Below the pieces are notes generated by a model. That model was not told the origin of the DNA, searched no databases, and saw nothing but the letters and a program-made list of their open reading frames with translations. Shown piece after piece: positions 29,318 to 38,910 of a stretch of 45,560 nt of DNA (within the stretch, counting starts at the first letter, position 1; every line of letters begins with the position of its first letter). This DNA comes from an uncultured Arenibacter sp. (GTDB lineage Bacteria; Bacteroidota; Bacteroidia; Flavobacteriales; Flavobacteriaceae), in NCBI GenBank assembly GCA_963972175.1, contig CAXAVP010000001.1, positions 1 through 45,560 on the forward strand. Direction: 5' to 3'. The translations under genes and the position numbers were made by a program.

Positions 29318-32300
29318 ATGATAAAATTTACCGCTAAGCTGGTCCTATTCACCTTGTTGTTTTGTTTTGGCACTTGGTTAGGTTCTGCTCAGGTTTCAAC
29401 CAGTTTGCAGAATAGTAATTTTTATTCCTGTGGTTCAGATATACCGCAAACCCAATTAAGTTTGGGAAACCTGCTATTATCCGAAACAGTTGCAACAGAT
29501 TTTGCTACAGGTAGCTTTACCTTTTATATTCAGGCGCCTTCCAATTTTGAGATCAATGCAGCTAGCATCTCCGAAACGGGAACCGATATCAGTAGCGCAA
29601 GTGTCACCCAAGATCCCGGCGACGCTACTAGATTGCAAATCTCTATTACCACCACAGCCCAGGCTTCTTTAGATGCGCTTACCATAGAAAATGTTAGCAT
29701 ACAACTTCAAACGGGTGCCAATACAACGGACGGCCTTTTTAAATATGTGTTGGATGGCAATCCAGATGGTGTTAATGGGGTAGGGGATAATCAAGATATA
29801 GCAACTGTAAGCTTCGAACAACTACTTGGAGGTACAGGCGTAGATCAGCAAGTATGTGATAAATCCGATTTACAAAACATTAGTGTAACAGGTTCCAATA
29901 TAACCCAAAGCAGAACATTTGAGTGGGAAAAAGAAGAAAATGGAAGCTGGACGGCCATTCCAAATTCCGATACCGAAATTCTCGTAATAGACAAGCCTAG
30001 TATTGCCAATGGTATTAATAAATACCGTCGTTTAACCACCTTTACCATTAACGGGGAGGTATGTACCCAAACAAGTTCTACAGCCACCATTACGGTCAAT
30101 GAAATATACCCAGGAAGCATTACCGAAGGTACGGGCCAAAATGTTTGTGCCACCGAAATTCCCCAGCAATTGAGTACATCTGGAGATGTGGCCATAACCC
30201 CTGCCGGTGAAAACACTTACCAGTGGTATAAAAACGATTCCGGACCTTGGGAACCTATTGACGGTGCAACAGCTAATTTTTATCAACCCCCAGCACTATC
30301 CGTGACTACTTCTTTCAAAAGAAGAATTACCAATGTGCTGAACGGTTTTAGCTGCTTCAAAGAAACAGCTGCAGTAACCATATTGGTAAATGCCACAGTA
30401 GTGGGAGGTACTGCTGCAGACCAAAATATATGTTCATTGGATGAGTTGCAATTACTTACTGTAAACAACGGTGAAAATAACGGTACCTACCAATGGCAAA
30501 AAAGAAACGGGGATAATTGGGAAGATATCACTGGAGCCACACAAGGCACTTATAACGCAAGCGGAAATATATATCCGGGCATAGCGGAATTTAGGAGGGT
30601 TACCACCGTTTCCGGGGCAAGCTGCCAAGGTGTAAGTTCTGTGGCCACCATAACACATACCAATTTTGTGGTTGGGAGTATTGCTGGCGAGCAAACCATT
30701 TGTTATAACGAAGCACCAAGTATTTTTACTTCCAGCAACAATGCTACCGGATCGGGAACCATTTCCTATCAATGGGAACAATTGGATGGCAGCAATTGGG
30801 TTGCCATATCAGGTGCCACTAACGCAGATTACCAAGCCACGGCCTTAACCCAATCCACTAGCTTTAGAAGACAGGACAATATACTTTTAAACGGGTTTAG
30901 CTGTTCTGATTATACCAATGAAATCCAGGTTACCGTTCTTGATGAAATTTACGGAGGTAACGCCAGTTTGGACCAGACGATTTGCGAAGGAGAAATTCCA
31001 AATTCCATAACCGTGGATAATGGAACCCCTATAGGCCCCAACATAAGCTACCAATGGCAATCCAAAACTACAGGCACATTTACCAATATTAACGGGGAAA
31101 CCGGTGATGTTTTGAGTTTTGCCAATGCCCCAACAAGTACAACACAATACAGAAGACAAACAATTATAACCAATAATGCAAAGGTCTGTATCCAAAACTC
31201 AACAGTGAGCACTGTTTTTGTAAACAGTATTAATCAGGGTACCATTGGGAACAACCAAGATGTTTGTGCAGGGAGTAACCCCGCAACGATAATAAACATC
31301 AACAATACCTTGGCAGCAGGTAGTCTATCCTATTCTTGGGAATCTTCCACAGATAATGGTGCCAGCTGGAACACGATACCTTCAGCTACCGGAGCTACTT
31401 ATACTCCAGGAGTGATCGCAACTTCTACAAAATATAGGAGATTGGACAGCAGTACCCTAAACGGCAAGGTATGTACGGAATATACCAATGAAGTAACTAT
31501 TACCGTTGCAGCTACAATAACTGGAGGGGATGGTTCCGAGGACCAAGTGGTTTGTGAAGATGAAGCCCCAGGCACCATCAGCGTAGCCAACGGCACCCCA
31601 AGCGGACCGGGAATTAACTTTCAATGGTATGCCTCTACAGATAATATTAATTACTCCCCATTGACAGGGGAAACAGGAGAAACCCTAAGCTTTTCCAATG
31701 GTCTTTCGGCATCCACCTATTTTAGAAGAAATGTTACACAGACTAGCAATGGGAACAGCTGTGAGGCTTCCAGTACACCAACTTTGGTTACCCTGATATC
31801 CCTATCTGAAGGTGCCATTTCCCAGACACAAACTGTTTGTGGTACGGACAACGTTTCCCCTATAACCAGTGCTGCCGATGCCAGCTCCAATGGTTCTATA
31901 AGCTATACATGGCAGAGTTCTCCAGATGGAAATACTTGGACCGATATAGCTGGTTCCAATCAGGCTACCTACACTCCTGTTAACAATGGCGAACTTGAAA
32001 CCTATTACAGAAGAAAGGCTACAGCCAGCTTACAAAGTATTACTTGTGAGGCGGTGACAACAGCGGTCATTGTATATCTAAACAAATTTGACGACGCAAT
32101 CAATCACAAAATTACCTTTGTCTCTGGAGATTGGGGAAGTACCGAAGTATGTAATGGTGGGGATCCACAACCATTTAGTTCCAACTTCACCCTAATAGCA
32201 TCAGGTGATCTTAGCTATCAGTGGCAAATATCAGATGACAATACAATTTTTACCGATATCCCTGGCGCTACCAATATGTATTATGACCCACCTGCGGTAA

Positions 32301-35300
32301 CCCAGGATAACTACTATAGAAGAATTACCACTTCTACATTAAATGGACAGTCCTGTAGTGTTACTAGTAACGTTTTGGAAATTATCAATGGAGGAAATGC
32401 CACGGGGGGTACTATAGGTACCACAAATCCCAATGGCGAAATTAGTAGTCCCAACGAGGAAGTTATTTGTGAAGGTGGCGACCCAAGCCTAATAGAAGAA
32501 TTGGACCCTTCTACAGGAGATGATACCCTAACGTATCAATGGTCTGCCAATGGTGTTGAAATTAATGGAGCAACCGGAACCAGTTATGACCCGCCCACCG
32601 GCGTTACGGAAACCACAACCTACATTAGGACCACTACCAATACAGACATCTCCGGGGTGCAGTGTAATGTGGACAGTAACCCTGTAGTGGTCTTGGTGCC
32701 ACAGGCCAGAAATCTAGGGAATTCTATAACTCTTTGTTATAACTCCATGGCCCCAACGCTAGGAAACCCCAGTGCAATAGAAGGACTTCCTTATTTAACT
32801 TTTCAATGGTACGAATCCAACGATGGAACTACCTTTACCGAAATAAACGGAGCAACCAATGCAACCTATACACCTGGAACCGCTTTTACAGCCGATAAAT
32901 ATTATAGGAGGGACTACCAAGCTACGGTTGACGGCAATGTATGTGATCCCGACTATACACAGAGTAATGTAATTGGAATATATGTCAATGATGTAGACGG
33001 TGGTGCTATCTCCGGGGATCAAAAAATATGTTACGGGGATGACCCTAGGATATTGGGAAATACTCAGAGTGGTACTGCCGAAGGAGTGCTAAAATACCAA
33101 TGGTATTCCTCTGTGGACAACAGTAACTGGGGCATTATCAATGGAGCGGTGAACAGTACCTATGACCCGGAAGCGGGCGACTTCCCTACCACGTATTTTA
33201 AAAGGACCACATCTTCTACATTGAATAATGTGGTGTGTTCCGAAGACAGTAATACGATAGTAGTAGAGGTGGCAGATCAAATTTTGCCTGGCACCTTGAC
33301 CAATGATCAAACAATTTGTGAAGGAACGGTACCTGCAGCCTTGACCGTAAATGGTAGCAGTACCTATCCCGATCAAACATACGACTGGTATTCCTCTACT
33401 GATGGGAATATTTGGACCGACCTTGAAATACATACGGCCTCCTATACGCCACCTATTCCTACAGAGACCCTCTATTATAAGAGAACCATCACAAGGACCA
33501 CCCTAATAGATCAAACCTGTGTAGTGGAAACCAACCCTGTAAAAGTAACGCTTAATTATGTTAATGCCGGGGAGATTACAGATAATCAATCGGTTTGCGA
33601 AGGGAGTCAGCCTGATGCTATAGTAGAGCTGGAGTCGGCCTCAGGAGCTGGTGTTCTCAGTTATCAATGGTGGTCTTCCCCGGATAATCAGAGCTATTCG
33701 GCGGTAGCAGGTGCCACAGAGCCAAATTACACCCCACCCAGTACCTTAACAACGTCCACCTACTTTAAAAGGGTGGTTACCAGTACTATTAACGGAGTGG
33801 CCTGTACAGACGAAACATCCCCAAAACTCGTTACTGTAATTCCTTACCCAATCATAGATAACGAGGCTATCATTGCCAATGACATTACCAATGTAAGTTG
33901 TTTTAGTGGCAATGATGGAAGCATTATAATTCCAAATGAAAGGATTACTGGCGGTAATTCGGCACAAAAGCAGATCAATACCATTTCCTTTTATGGAACT
34001 CCCCAATTAGACAATACCTATACAGTAATAATAGACGGTAAGGAATATGAGCATCAAGTAACCTTAAACGGCCTTAATCAACCTCAGGACAATAACGAGG
34101 TGGCTGCAGCCCTTTCACAGAAAATTAATTCGGCAACAGGAGCTGACCTTAGCCCGGTTATTGCAAACGCTAATTTTAATGAGCTACTATTGACCGCAAA
34201 AATTGAAGGCATTGCCTTTACCGCCTATGTAAGCACGGGAAGTGATCCCAATGCCAGTGCCTCCAATGTGGTTACCCAACCCAATGGCGTTGCCAATACA
34301 TATGAATGGACAAAAATTGGAGACACTAGTTTTTCAGCCTCTAGCCTTAGTATCAGTAACCTAAGCGCCGGAGCCTATCAACTAACCGTATATAATGAAT
34401 TCTGCGGAACAACATCCTCCCCATTTATCGTTACGGAACCAGAGGAACTGACCCTAAATATTGGGGACACCTGTAATACCGCAATTTCCGCATCCAGTAC
34501 TGGGGGAATAGCACCGTTTACCTTTACCCTTACAAGACCAAACGGGACTACCTTAGAGCAGACATCCAATAATCCTAATATTACCTACACCAATTTAACA
34601 GGAGGGGCTACTTATACCATAAGCATTAAAGATGCCAGTTGTGGGCAATCGGTAACAGAAGCCGTAACCCTGCCCATGGGCCTTCAGTTTGATGAGTCGT
34701 CCGTAGTAGTAGAAAACGCCAGCTGTTTTGGTCAAAATAATGGTAGTATTAGTTTAAATATTGGGGCCACGACAGTAACCGGTGGTTACCCTCCCTATAG
34801 CTTTAATTGGACAGGTCCTGACAATGTTAGTTATTCTACTGAGAATATTAGCAACCTGGCTCCCGGTGTTTATGAATTGTATGTAACAGATCAAATTGGT
34901 TGTTCTACAACCTATACCGCCAATGTTGCCTCCAAAGCTGTCTTGGAAATTAGTAGTGTGCAGATAACAAACGAACAGTTACAGTGTGCCGGTGATACCA
35001 ATGCAGAGATTAGCATACAAATAAGTTCTGATCCCAGCAGCCAAATACAAATAAACTGGTATAAGAACGGCACCAGCTTTACAACCAATAGCACCAATCT
35101 TACCAATTTGGGTAGGGGTAGCTACGAAGTAATCGTTACAGATACCAATAGTGATCCCAATAGCCCCTGTACCGTTAGCCAGACTTTTAACATAAAAGCG
35201 CCAGAAGTATTTAGCGCAACAGAAGTAGATACCGGAAACGCAAGCTGTGTTGATTCCAGCAATGGCAGGTCCTTTACCTTTAGCGTTACAGGCGGTACAG

Positions 35301-36853
35301 CCCCTTACCAATATGCTGTAGACAATGGCACTCCAGTTTTCTTCAGTGAAACACAGACTACTATAGGATCACTTTCCAATGACAGTCATGTTATTGATAT
35401 AACCGATGCCAATCAGTGTGTTGTTCAAACCTTTACCATGGACCGTTATGAAGCACTTGGATATATGGGCACCCAATCTTTTACCATTGCTCCTTGTGAG
35501 ACTAACTACTCATTTACATTGGACACCGCCCAAGTTACAGGAGGGAATCCGTACATAGATGGAAACAATGCCCCCTATTATTTATACGATTGGAGCGGTC
35601 CCAATAATTTCGTTGCACAGGATATCACTAGTTTTGATGCGGTTCCAGGTACCTATTGGCTTACTGTAAGTGATAGCAACAATTGTTTTTCCGAACCTAT
35701 AGCGTTTACCTTTAACACTACCTATGACCCTATTGCAGTAAGCAAGGACATAGAGCTTGTAAGCTGTGGAGCCACAGCAGATGGGTCCATCTCAATAGCT
35801 ATCAATGGAGGCTTAAGGCCTTATAACATCTTATGGGAAAAGGAAGTAGCAGGAACAGCCGATAATCCAGATCCTGTCTTTACATCCATGGGACAAAATG
35901 TAACCCAATTAAGTGGATTGGAAGAAGGACGTTATAGACTTACGGTTACAAGTAATATTAACGGATGTACCAAGGAAGATCCTTCCTATTACCATCAAGA
36001 GGTCATTACCTTGAATAAAACGGAATCCTTAAAGCTGGTTGATGGTCCCTACTTGGACGAGGCCCTATGCTTGGGGAATCCTGGAAGTATTTCCGTAACC
36101 CTTTTTAATAGCCATGGAGGTGAATTGAGTTTTTACTATAACAATGAACTTATGCCATCTGTTAAAACAGGAACGGACACCTATTCCATTCAAATAGCCA
36201 ACCCTATAGAAAGTGCTTCCCTTAATGTGGTAAACGATCAAGGATGCGGATTTACAATGCCGATCAGTTCGGGAGTTAACGATCCATCCTTTACTTACAG
36301 TTCTGAAGAGTATGAGATTACAGGACTGTTATTGGCAAAAGAAGACATAAGGTTCAGTATTGCATCCGAAGAAGGATATACAGCTGCTTCGTGGGACTTT
36401 GGAGATGGCAGCCCAATAATCAATGTAGATCCGGAAACAGACGGAATCCTAGTAGCCCATAAGTACAGCTACCCTGGGACATTTGATGTATCCCTAACCT
36501 TGTACAATGAACAAGGTTGTAGTAAAACCATGGAAGAAAGTGTACAAATTGGCAATGGATATGATGTAATGTTTCCCAACGTTTTCTCTGCCAATGCAGA
36601 TGGTATCAACGATTATTTCCAAGGTGAATTTACGGGAATGGCCTCTTTTACCTTCCAAATATATGATATGTGGGGAGGCCTGGTCTATAGTGTTGCCTAC
36701 GACTACGATGATATGCCTGTGAACTGGGGATGGAACGGTACCTACAGCTCTGGAAAACCCTATAAAAACAAATCCTTCCGCTACTTGTTTGTAGGGACTA
36801 CGAAAGACAATAATCAAATCACCAAAACTGGCGAAGCCTCAATATTGAGATAG
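29318..36853 (+). CDS. Giant T9SS type-B (CHU_C/gliding-motility CTD) surface adhesin-like protein with Ig-like, SprB-like and PKD domains
   Basis: Signal peptide; tandem YQW...YRR repeats; SCFGxNxGSI SprB-like repeats; PKD WDFGDG...HKYSYPG; CTD FPNVFSANADGINDYF...FQIYDMWG. Confidence 0.9.
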   Translation: MIKFTAKLVLFTLLFCFGTWLGSAQVSTSLQNSNFYSCGSDIPQTQLSLGNLLLSETVATDFATGSFTFYIQAPSNFEINAASISETGTDISSASVTQDPGDATRLQISITTTAQASLDALTIENVSIQLQTGANTTDGLFKYVLDGNPDGVNGVGDNQDIATVSFEQLLGGTGVDQQVCDKSDLQNISVTGSNITQSRTFEWEKEENGSWTAIPNSDTEILVIDKPSIANGINKYRRLTTFTINGEVCTQTSSTATITVNEIYPGSITEGTGQNVCATEIPQQLSTSGDVAITPAGENTYQWYKNDSGPWEPIDGATANFYQPPALSVTTSFKRRITNVLNGFSCFKETAAVTILVNATVVGGTAADQNICSLDELQLLTVNNGENNGTYQWQKRNGDNWEDITGATQGTYNASGNIYPGIAEFRRVTTVSGASCQGVSSVATITHTNFVVGSIAGEQTICYNEAPSIFTSSNNATGSGTISYQWEQLDGSNWVAISGATNADYQATALTQSTSFRRQDNILLNGFSCSDYTNEIQVTVLDEIYGGNASLDQTICEGEIPNSITVDNGTPIGPNISYQWQSKTTGTFTNINGETGDVLSFANAPTSTTQYRRQTIITNNAKVCIQNSTVSTVFVNSINQGTIGNNQDVCAGSNPATIININNTLAAGSLSYSWESSTDNGASWNTIPSATGATYTPGVIATSTKYRRLDSSTLNGKVCTEYTNEVTITVAATITGGDGSEDQVVCEDEAPGTISVANGTPSGPGINFQWYASTDNINYSPLTGETGETLSFSNGLSASTYFRRNVTQTSNGNSCEASSTPTLVTLISLSEGAISQTQTVCGTDNVSPITSAADASSNGSISYTWQSSPDGNTWTDIAGSNQATYTPVNNGELETYYRRKATASLQSITCEAVTTAVIVYLNKFDDAINHKITFVSGDWGSTEVCNGGDPQPFSSNFTLIASGDLSYQWQISDDNTIFTDIPGATNMYYDPPAVTQDNYYRRITTSTLNGQSCSVTSNVLEIINGGNATGGTIGTTNPNGEISSPNEEVICEGGDPSLIEELDPSTGDDTLTYQWSANGVEINGATGTSYDPPTGVTETTTYIRTTTNTDISGVQCNVDSNPVVVLVPQARNLGNSITLCYNSMAPTLGNPSAIEGLPYLTFQWYESNDGTTFTEINGATNATYTPGTAFTADKYYRRDYQATVDGNVCDPDYTQSNVIGIYVNDVDGGAISGDQKICYGDDPRILGNTQSGTAEGVLKYQWYSSVDNSNWGIINGAVNSTYDPEAGDFPTTYFKRTTSSTLNNVVCSEDSNTIVVEVADQILPGTLTNDQTICEGTVPAALTVNGSSTYPDQTYDWYSSTDGNIWTDLEIHTASYTPPIPTETLYYKRTITRTTLIDQTCVVETNPVKVTLNYVNAGEITDNQSVCEGSQPDAIVELESASGAGVLSYQWWSSPDNQSYSAVAGATEPNYTPPSTLTTSTYFKRVVTSTINGVACTDETSPKLVTVIPYPIIDNEAIIANDITNVSCFSGNDGSIIIPNERITGGNSAQKQINTISFYGTPQLDNTYTVIIDGKEYEHQVTLNGLNQPQDNNEVAAALSQKINSATGADLSPVIANANFNELLLTAKIEGIAFTAYVSTGSDPNASASNVVTQPNGVANTYEWTKIGDTSFSASSLSISNLSAGAYQLTVYNEFCGTTSSPFIVTEPEELTLNIGDTCNTAISASSTGGIAPFTFTLTRPNGTTLEQTSNNPNITYTNLTGGATYTISIKDASCGQSVTEAVTLPMGLQFDESSVVVENASCFGQNNGSISLNIGATTVTGGYPPYSFNWTGPDNVSYSTENISNLAPGVYELYVTDQIGCSTTYTANVASKAVLEISSVQITNEQLQCAGDTNAEISIQISSDPSSQIQINWYKNGTSFTTNSTNLTNLGRGSYEVIVTDTNSDPNSPCTVSQTFNIKAPEVFSATEVDTGNASCVDSSNGRSFTFSVTGGTAPYQYAVDNGTPVFFSETQTTIGSLSNDSHVIDITDANQCVVQTFTMDRYEALGYMGTQSFTIAPCETNYSFTLDTAQVTGGNPYIDGNNAPYYLYDWSGPNNFVAQDITSFDAVPGTYWLTVSDSNNCFSEPIAFTFNTTYDPIAVSKDIELVSCGATADGSISIAINGGLRPYNILWEKEVAGTADNPDPVFTSMGQNVTQLSGLEEGRYRLTVTSNINGCTKEDPSYYHQEVITLNKTESLKLVDGPYLDEALCLGNPGSISVTLFNSHGGELSFYYNNELMPSVKTGTDTYSIQIANPIESASLNVVNDQGCGFTMPISSGVNDPSFTYSSEEYEITGLLLAKEDIRFSIASEEGYTAASWDFGDGSPIINVDPETDGILVAHKYSYPGTFDVSLTLYNEQGCSKTMEESVQIGNGYDVMFPNVFSANADGINDYFQGEFTGMASFTFQIYDMWGGLVYSVAYDYDDMPVNWGWNGTYSSGKPYKNKSFRYLFVGTTKDNNQITKTGEASILR
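29827..33845 (+). repeat. 14 tandem, about 95-aa Ig-like protein repeats
   Basis: Recurrent QxxC...YQW...IxGAT..Y.P...YRR...C units counted by eye in the translation; divergent at DNA level. Confidence 0.8.
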
Positions 36854-36855
36854 TA

Positions 36856-37854
36856 ATGAAAAAACAAAATATAATATTCCTTCTACTTATTATAATTTCT
36901 TTGGGGGCTTCAGCCCAGGAGAAATTTGTTCATAATCTCAGTAAGGTTCCCGCTTCCTTAAATCCCAGTTTTCATGCCTTTAAGGACAAAACCCGAATAG
37001 GGGTATTGGCAGAGTTCGCCAGTCAAAGTCAAGGTACGGAATCCCAGCACAAATATGCGTTTGGCTCCACGGCTTTTGAGGAATACAACTTTCAATTGGG
37101 GTTGGACCTGTTCAATAATAATTTAAACAATTCTGGCTATAATTACACCTCGGCAGCTTTGAGTTATATGTATAAACTGGTACTTCCCAACGATTGGATT
37201 TTGTATCCAGGCATAACGGCCGGATATAGTAATTATAGGTATGATTTCAACAATCTTACCTTTCAGGATCAAATAAATATATTTACCGGGCAGATAAGTG
37301 CCAATACCATAGACCCCATTACTGCATCAGAAAATATTGGATACTTGGATTTAGGAGCTTCCGTATTAATTCATAACGACACCAATATGCTTTTTGGGCT
37401 ATCGCTTAAGCATCTTAATAGGCCTAAAATATCCTCTAGACAAAGTGAAAATAATGTTAATTTGAATATGTTGGTTTCCGGTCAGTTTGGTTATGAGTTG
37501 GATATAAATAAATACGGACAGGCCAAGTTGCCAGAGTACTCTTATTTGTATTTATTCAACGCGGTATCGGTGCAAGGTCCCAATACCAGACTGGACTTTT
37601 ATCAAGATGTTATTCTTGGCAACTTCAGCATAGGTGTCAATGAACATGTTAACTTTATGGAAAATGCCTCTTTTTCTGAAATTGGCTTCGCCACAAGTCT
37701 TACCCTGGAGACCTTTGAATTTGGTCTCAACTATAGACTGCCATTTGGGGCCGAAGCAAAACAATTTATACCCAGTTCCCTGGAGCTGTTTCTGGTTTTT
37801 GATATCTCCCGTTTTAAAGAGAGAAGAAGATCTAACTACAGCCGTTTTTACTAG
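36856..37854 (+). CDS. PorP/SprF family T9SS outer-membrane protein
   Basis: Signal peptide, LNPS, TFQDQI, LKHLNRP and SLELFL motifs; 2 nt downstream of a type-B CTD cargo gene. Confidence 0.85.
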   Translation: MKKQNIIFLLLIIISLGASAQEKFVHNLSKVPASLNPSFHAFKDKTRIGVLAEFASQSQGTESQHKYAFGSTAFEEYNFQLGLDLFNNNLNNSGYNYTSAALSYMYKLVLPNDWILYPGITAGYSNYRYDFNNLTFQDQINIFTGQISANTIDPITASENIGYLDLGASVLIHNDTNMLFGLSLKHLNRPKISSRQSENNVNLNMLVSGQFGYELDINKYGQAKLPEYSYLYLFNAVSVQGPNTRLDFYQDVILGNFSIGVNEHVNFMENASFSEIGFATSLTLETFEFGLNYRLPFGAEAKQFIPSSLELFLVFDISRFKERRRSNYSRFY

Positions 37855-37898
37855 GGACAAATTCCAGCGTAAAACAACTCAATCCCCCTTTATTGATC

Positions 37899-37943
37899 AG
37901 CCCAGACTTGTATTTTATATATAAAACTAAGTCTGGGCTATTT
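37899..37943 (+). terminator. Probable terminator after the PorP-family gene
   Basis: AGCCCAGACTT...AAGTCTGGGCT 11-bp stem with AT-rich extension; weak T-tail. Confidence 0.6.
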
Positions 37944-38206
37944 CTATTACTCCCTAATACAACCCATACCTATATTCTTAAATTGTCTTTTAAGTTTAAA
38001 AGGCTATTACCCTTATGGTTCCTTCATACAAAAGTGTAGCAGGACACCTATATCTGAAACTCAATGATAAGTGAAGCACCTCCCTAATTAGGATCATTTT
38101 TAAATATGATAAGAATAGGTCATAACCAAAGCATTTTTTTATATGTACATTATACATTTAATAAAAAAATGTATATTTATATCCAATAATTACATTTATA
38201 CTTAAC

Positions 38207-38214
38207 TAAATTTG
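38207..38214 (+). promoter_or_regulatory. Sigma-A -7 element upstream of the ECF sigma gene
   Basis: TAAATTTG 16 nt upstream of ATG 38231; no clear -33 element. Confidence 0.45.
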
Positions 38215-38230
38215 TGTAATTACCAATCAT

Positions 38231-38839
38231 ATGGATAAAAAGCTTTTAAGTTTGGCTGCATTGCGCTTTCATCAATTCAAGGAAGGTAACCGTCGTGCAT
38301 TTGAGTTTATCTTTAAGCAACATTTTAACAATTTGGTTGGATTTTGTATTCAATTTATAGGCGATGAAGATAAAGCCCGTAGTGTAGCGCAAGATGCCTT
38401 TATTAAGTTATGGGAGAACCGGGAAAAAGTACAAAAAATTAATGGGGTCAAAGCCTTTTTATACAGGTCTGCCAAGACCGATTGCTTAAATCTTCTTAGG
38501 CATCAGAAAGTGGTTCAAAAATATAGATCCAAAACCCTGCACGATAGGGAGTGTTCCTTACATATAGAAATATTGAACTCCATGCAGTTTGATTTCCTTA
38601 CCCTTTCGGAATTAGAGCACCACATTGAAAAGTCGATCGAAGAATTACCAAATAAGTGCAAGCAGGTGTTTGTAAAAAAGCGATTGGAGAATAAAAAAAA
38701 TAAAGAAATAGCCGAAGAGCTGGGAATCACCATAAAAGCCGTTGAAGCCAATATAACCAGGGCTACCAAATTCCTTAAATTACGCCTATCAAATTACGTT
38801 TACCTAATATTAATATATTGTATTTTACGTTTTCTGTAA
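38231..38839 (+). CDS. ECF RNA polymerase sigma-70 factor (PUL-associated)
   Basis: Region 2 AQDAFIKLWENR, region 4 KEIAEELGITIKAVE; adjacent to a FecR-family gene. Confidence 0.92.
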   Translation: MDKKLLSLAALRFHQFKEGNRRAFEFIFKQHFNNLVGFCIQFIGDEDKARSVAQDAFIKLWENREKVQKINGVKAFLYRSAKTDCLNLLRHQKVVQKYRSKTLHDRECSLHIEILNSMQFDFLTLSELEHHIEKSIEELPNKCKQVFVKKRLENKKNKEIAEELGITIKAVEANITRATKFLKLRLSNYVYLILIYCILRFL

Positions 38840-38910
38840 AAAAAGTAAGAAATTAATATAGGGTATATTACTTTTTAGGTGTACTTAATTGGAATACTAA
38901 ATTCCAATTA

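Noticed and set aside
29827-33845. Periodic sequence as a CRISPR array or DNA tandem repeat
   Set aside because: The periodicity is at protein level within one ORF; no identical DNA repeats with spacers and no cas genes
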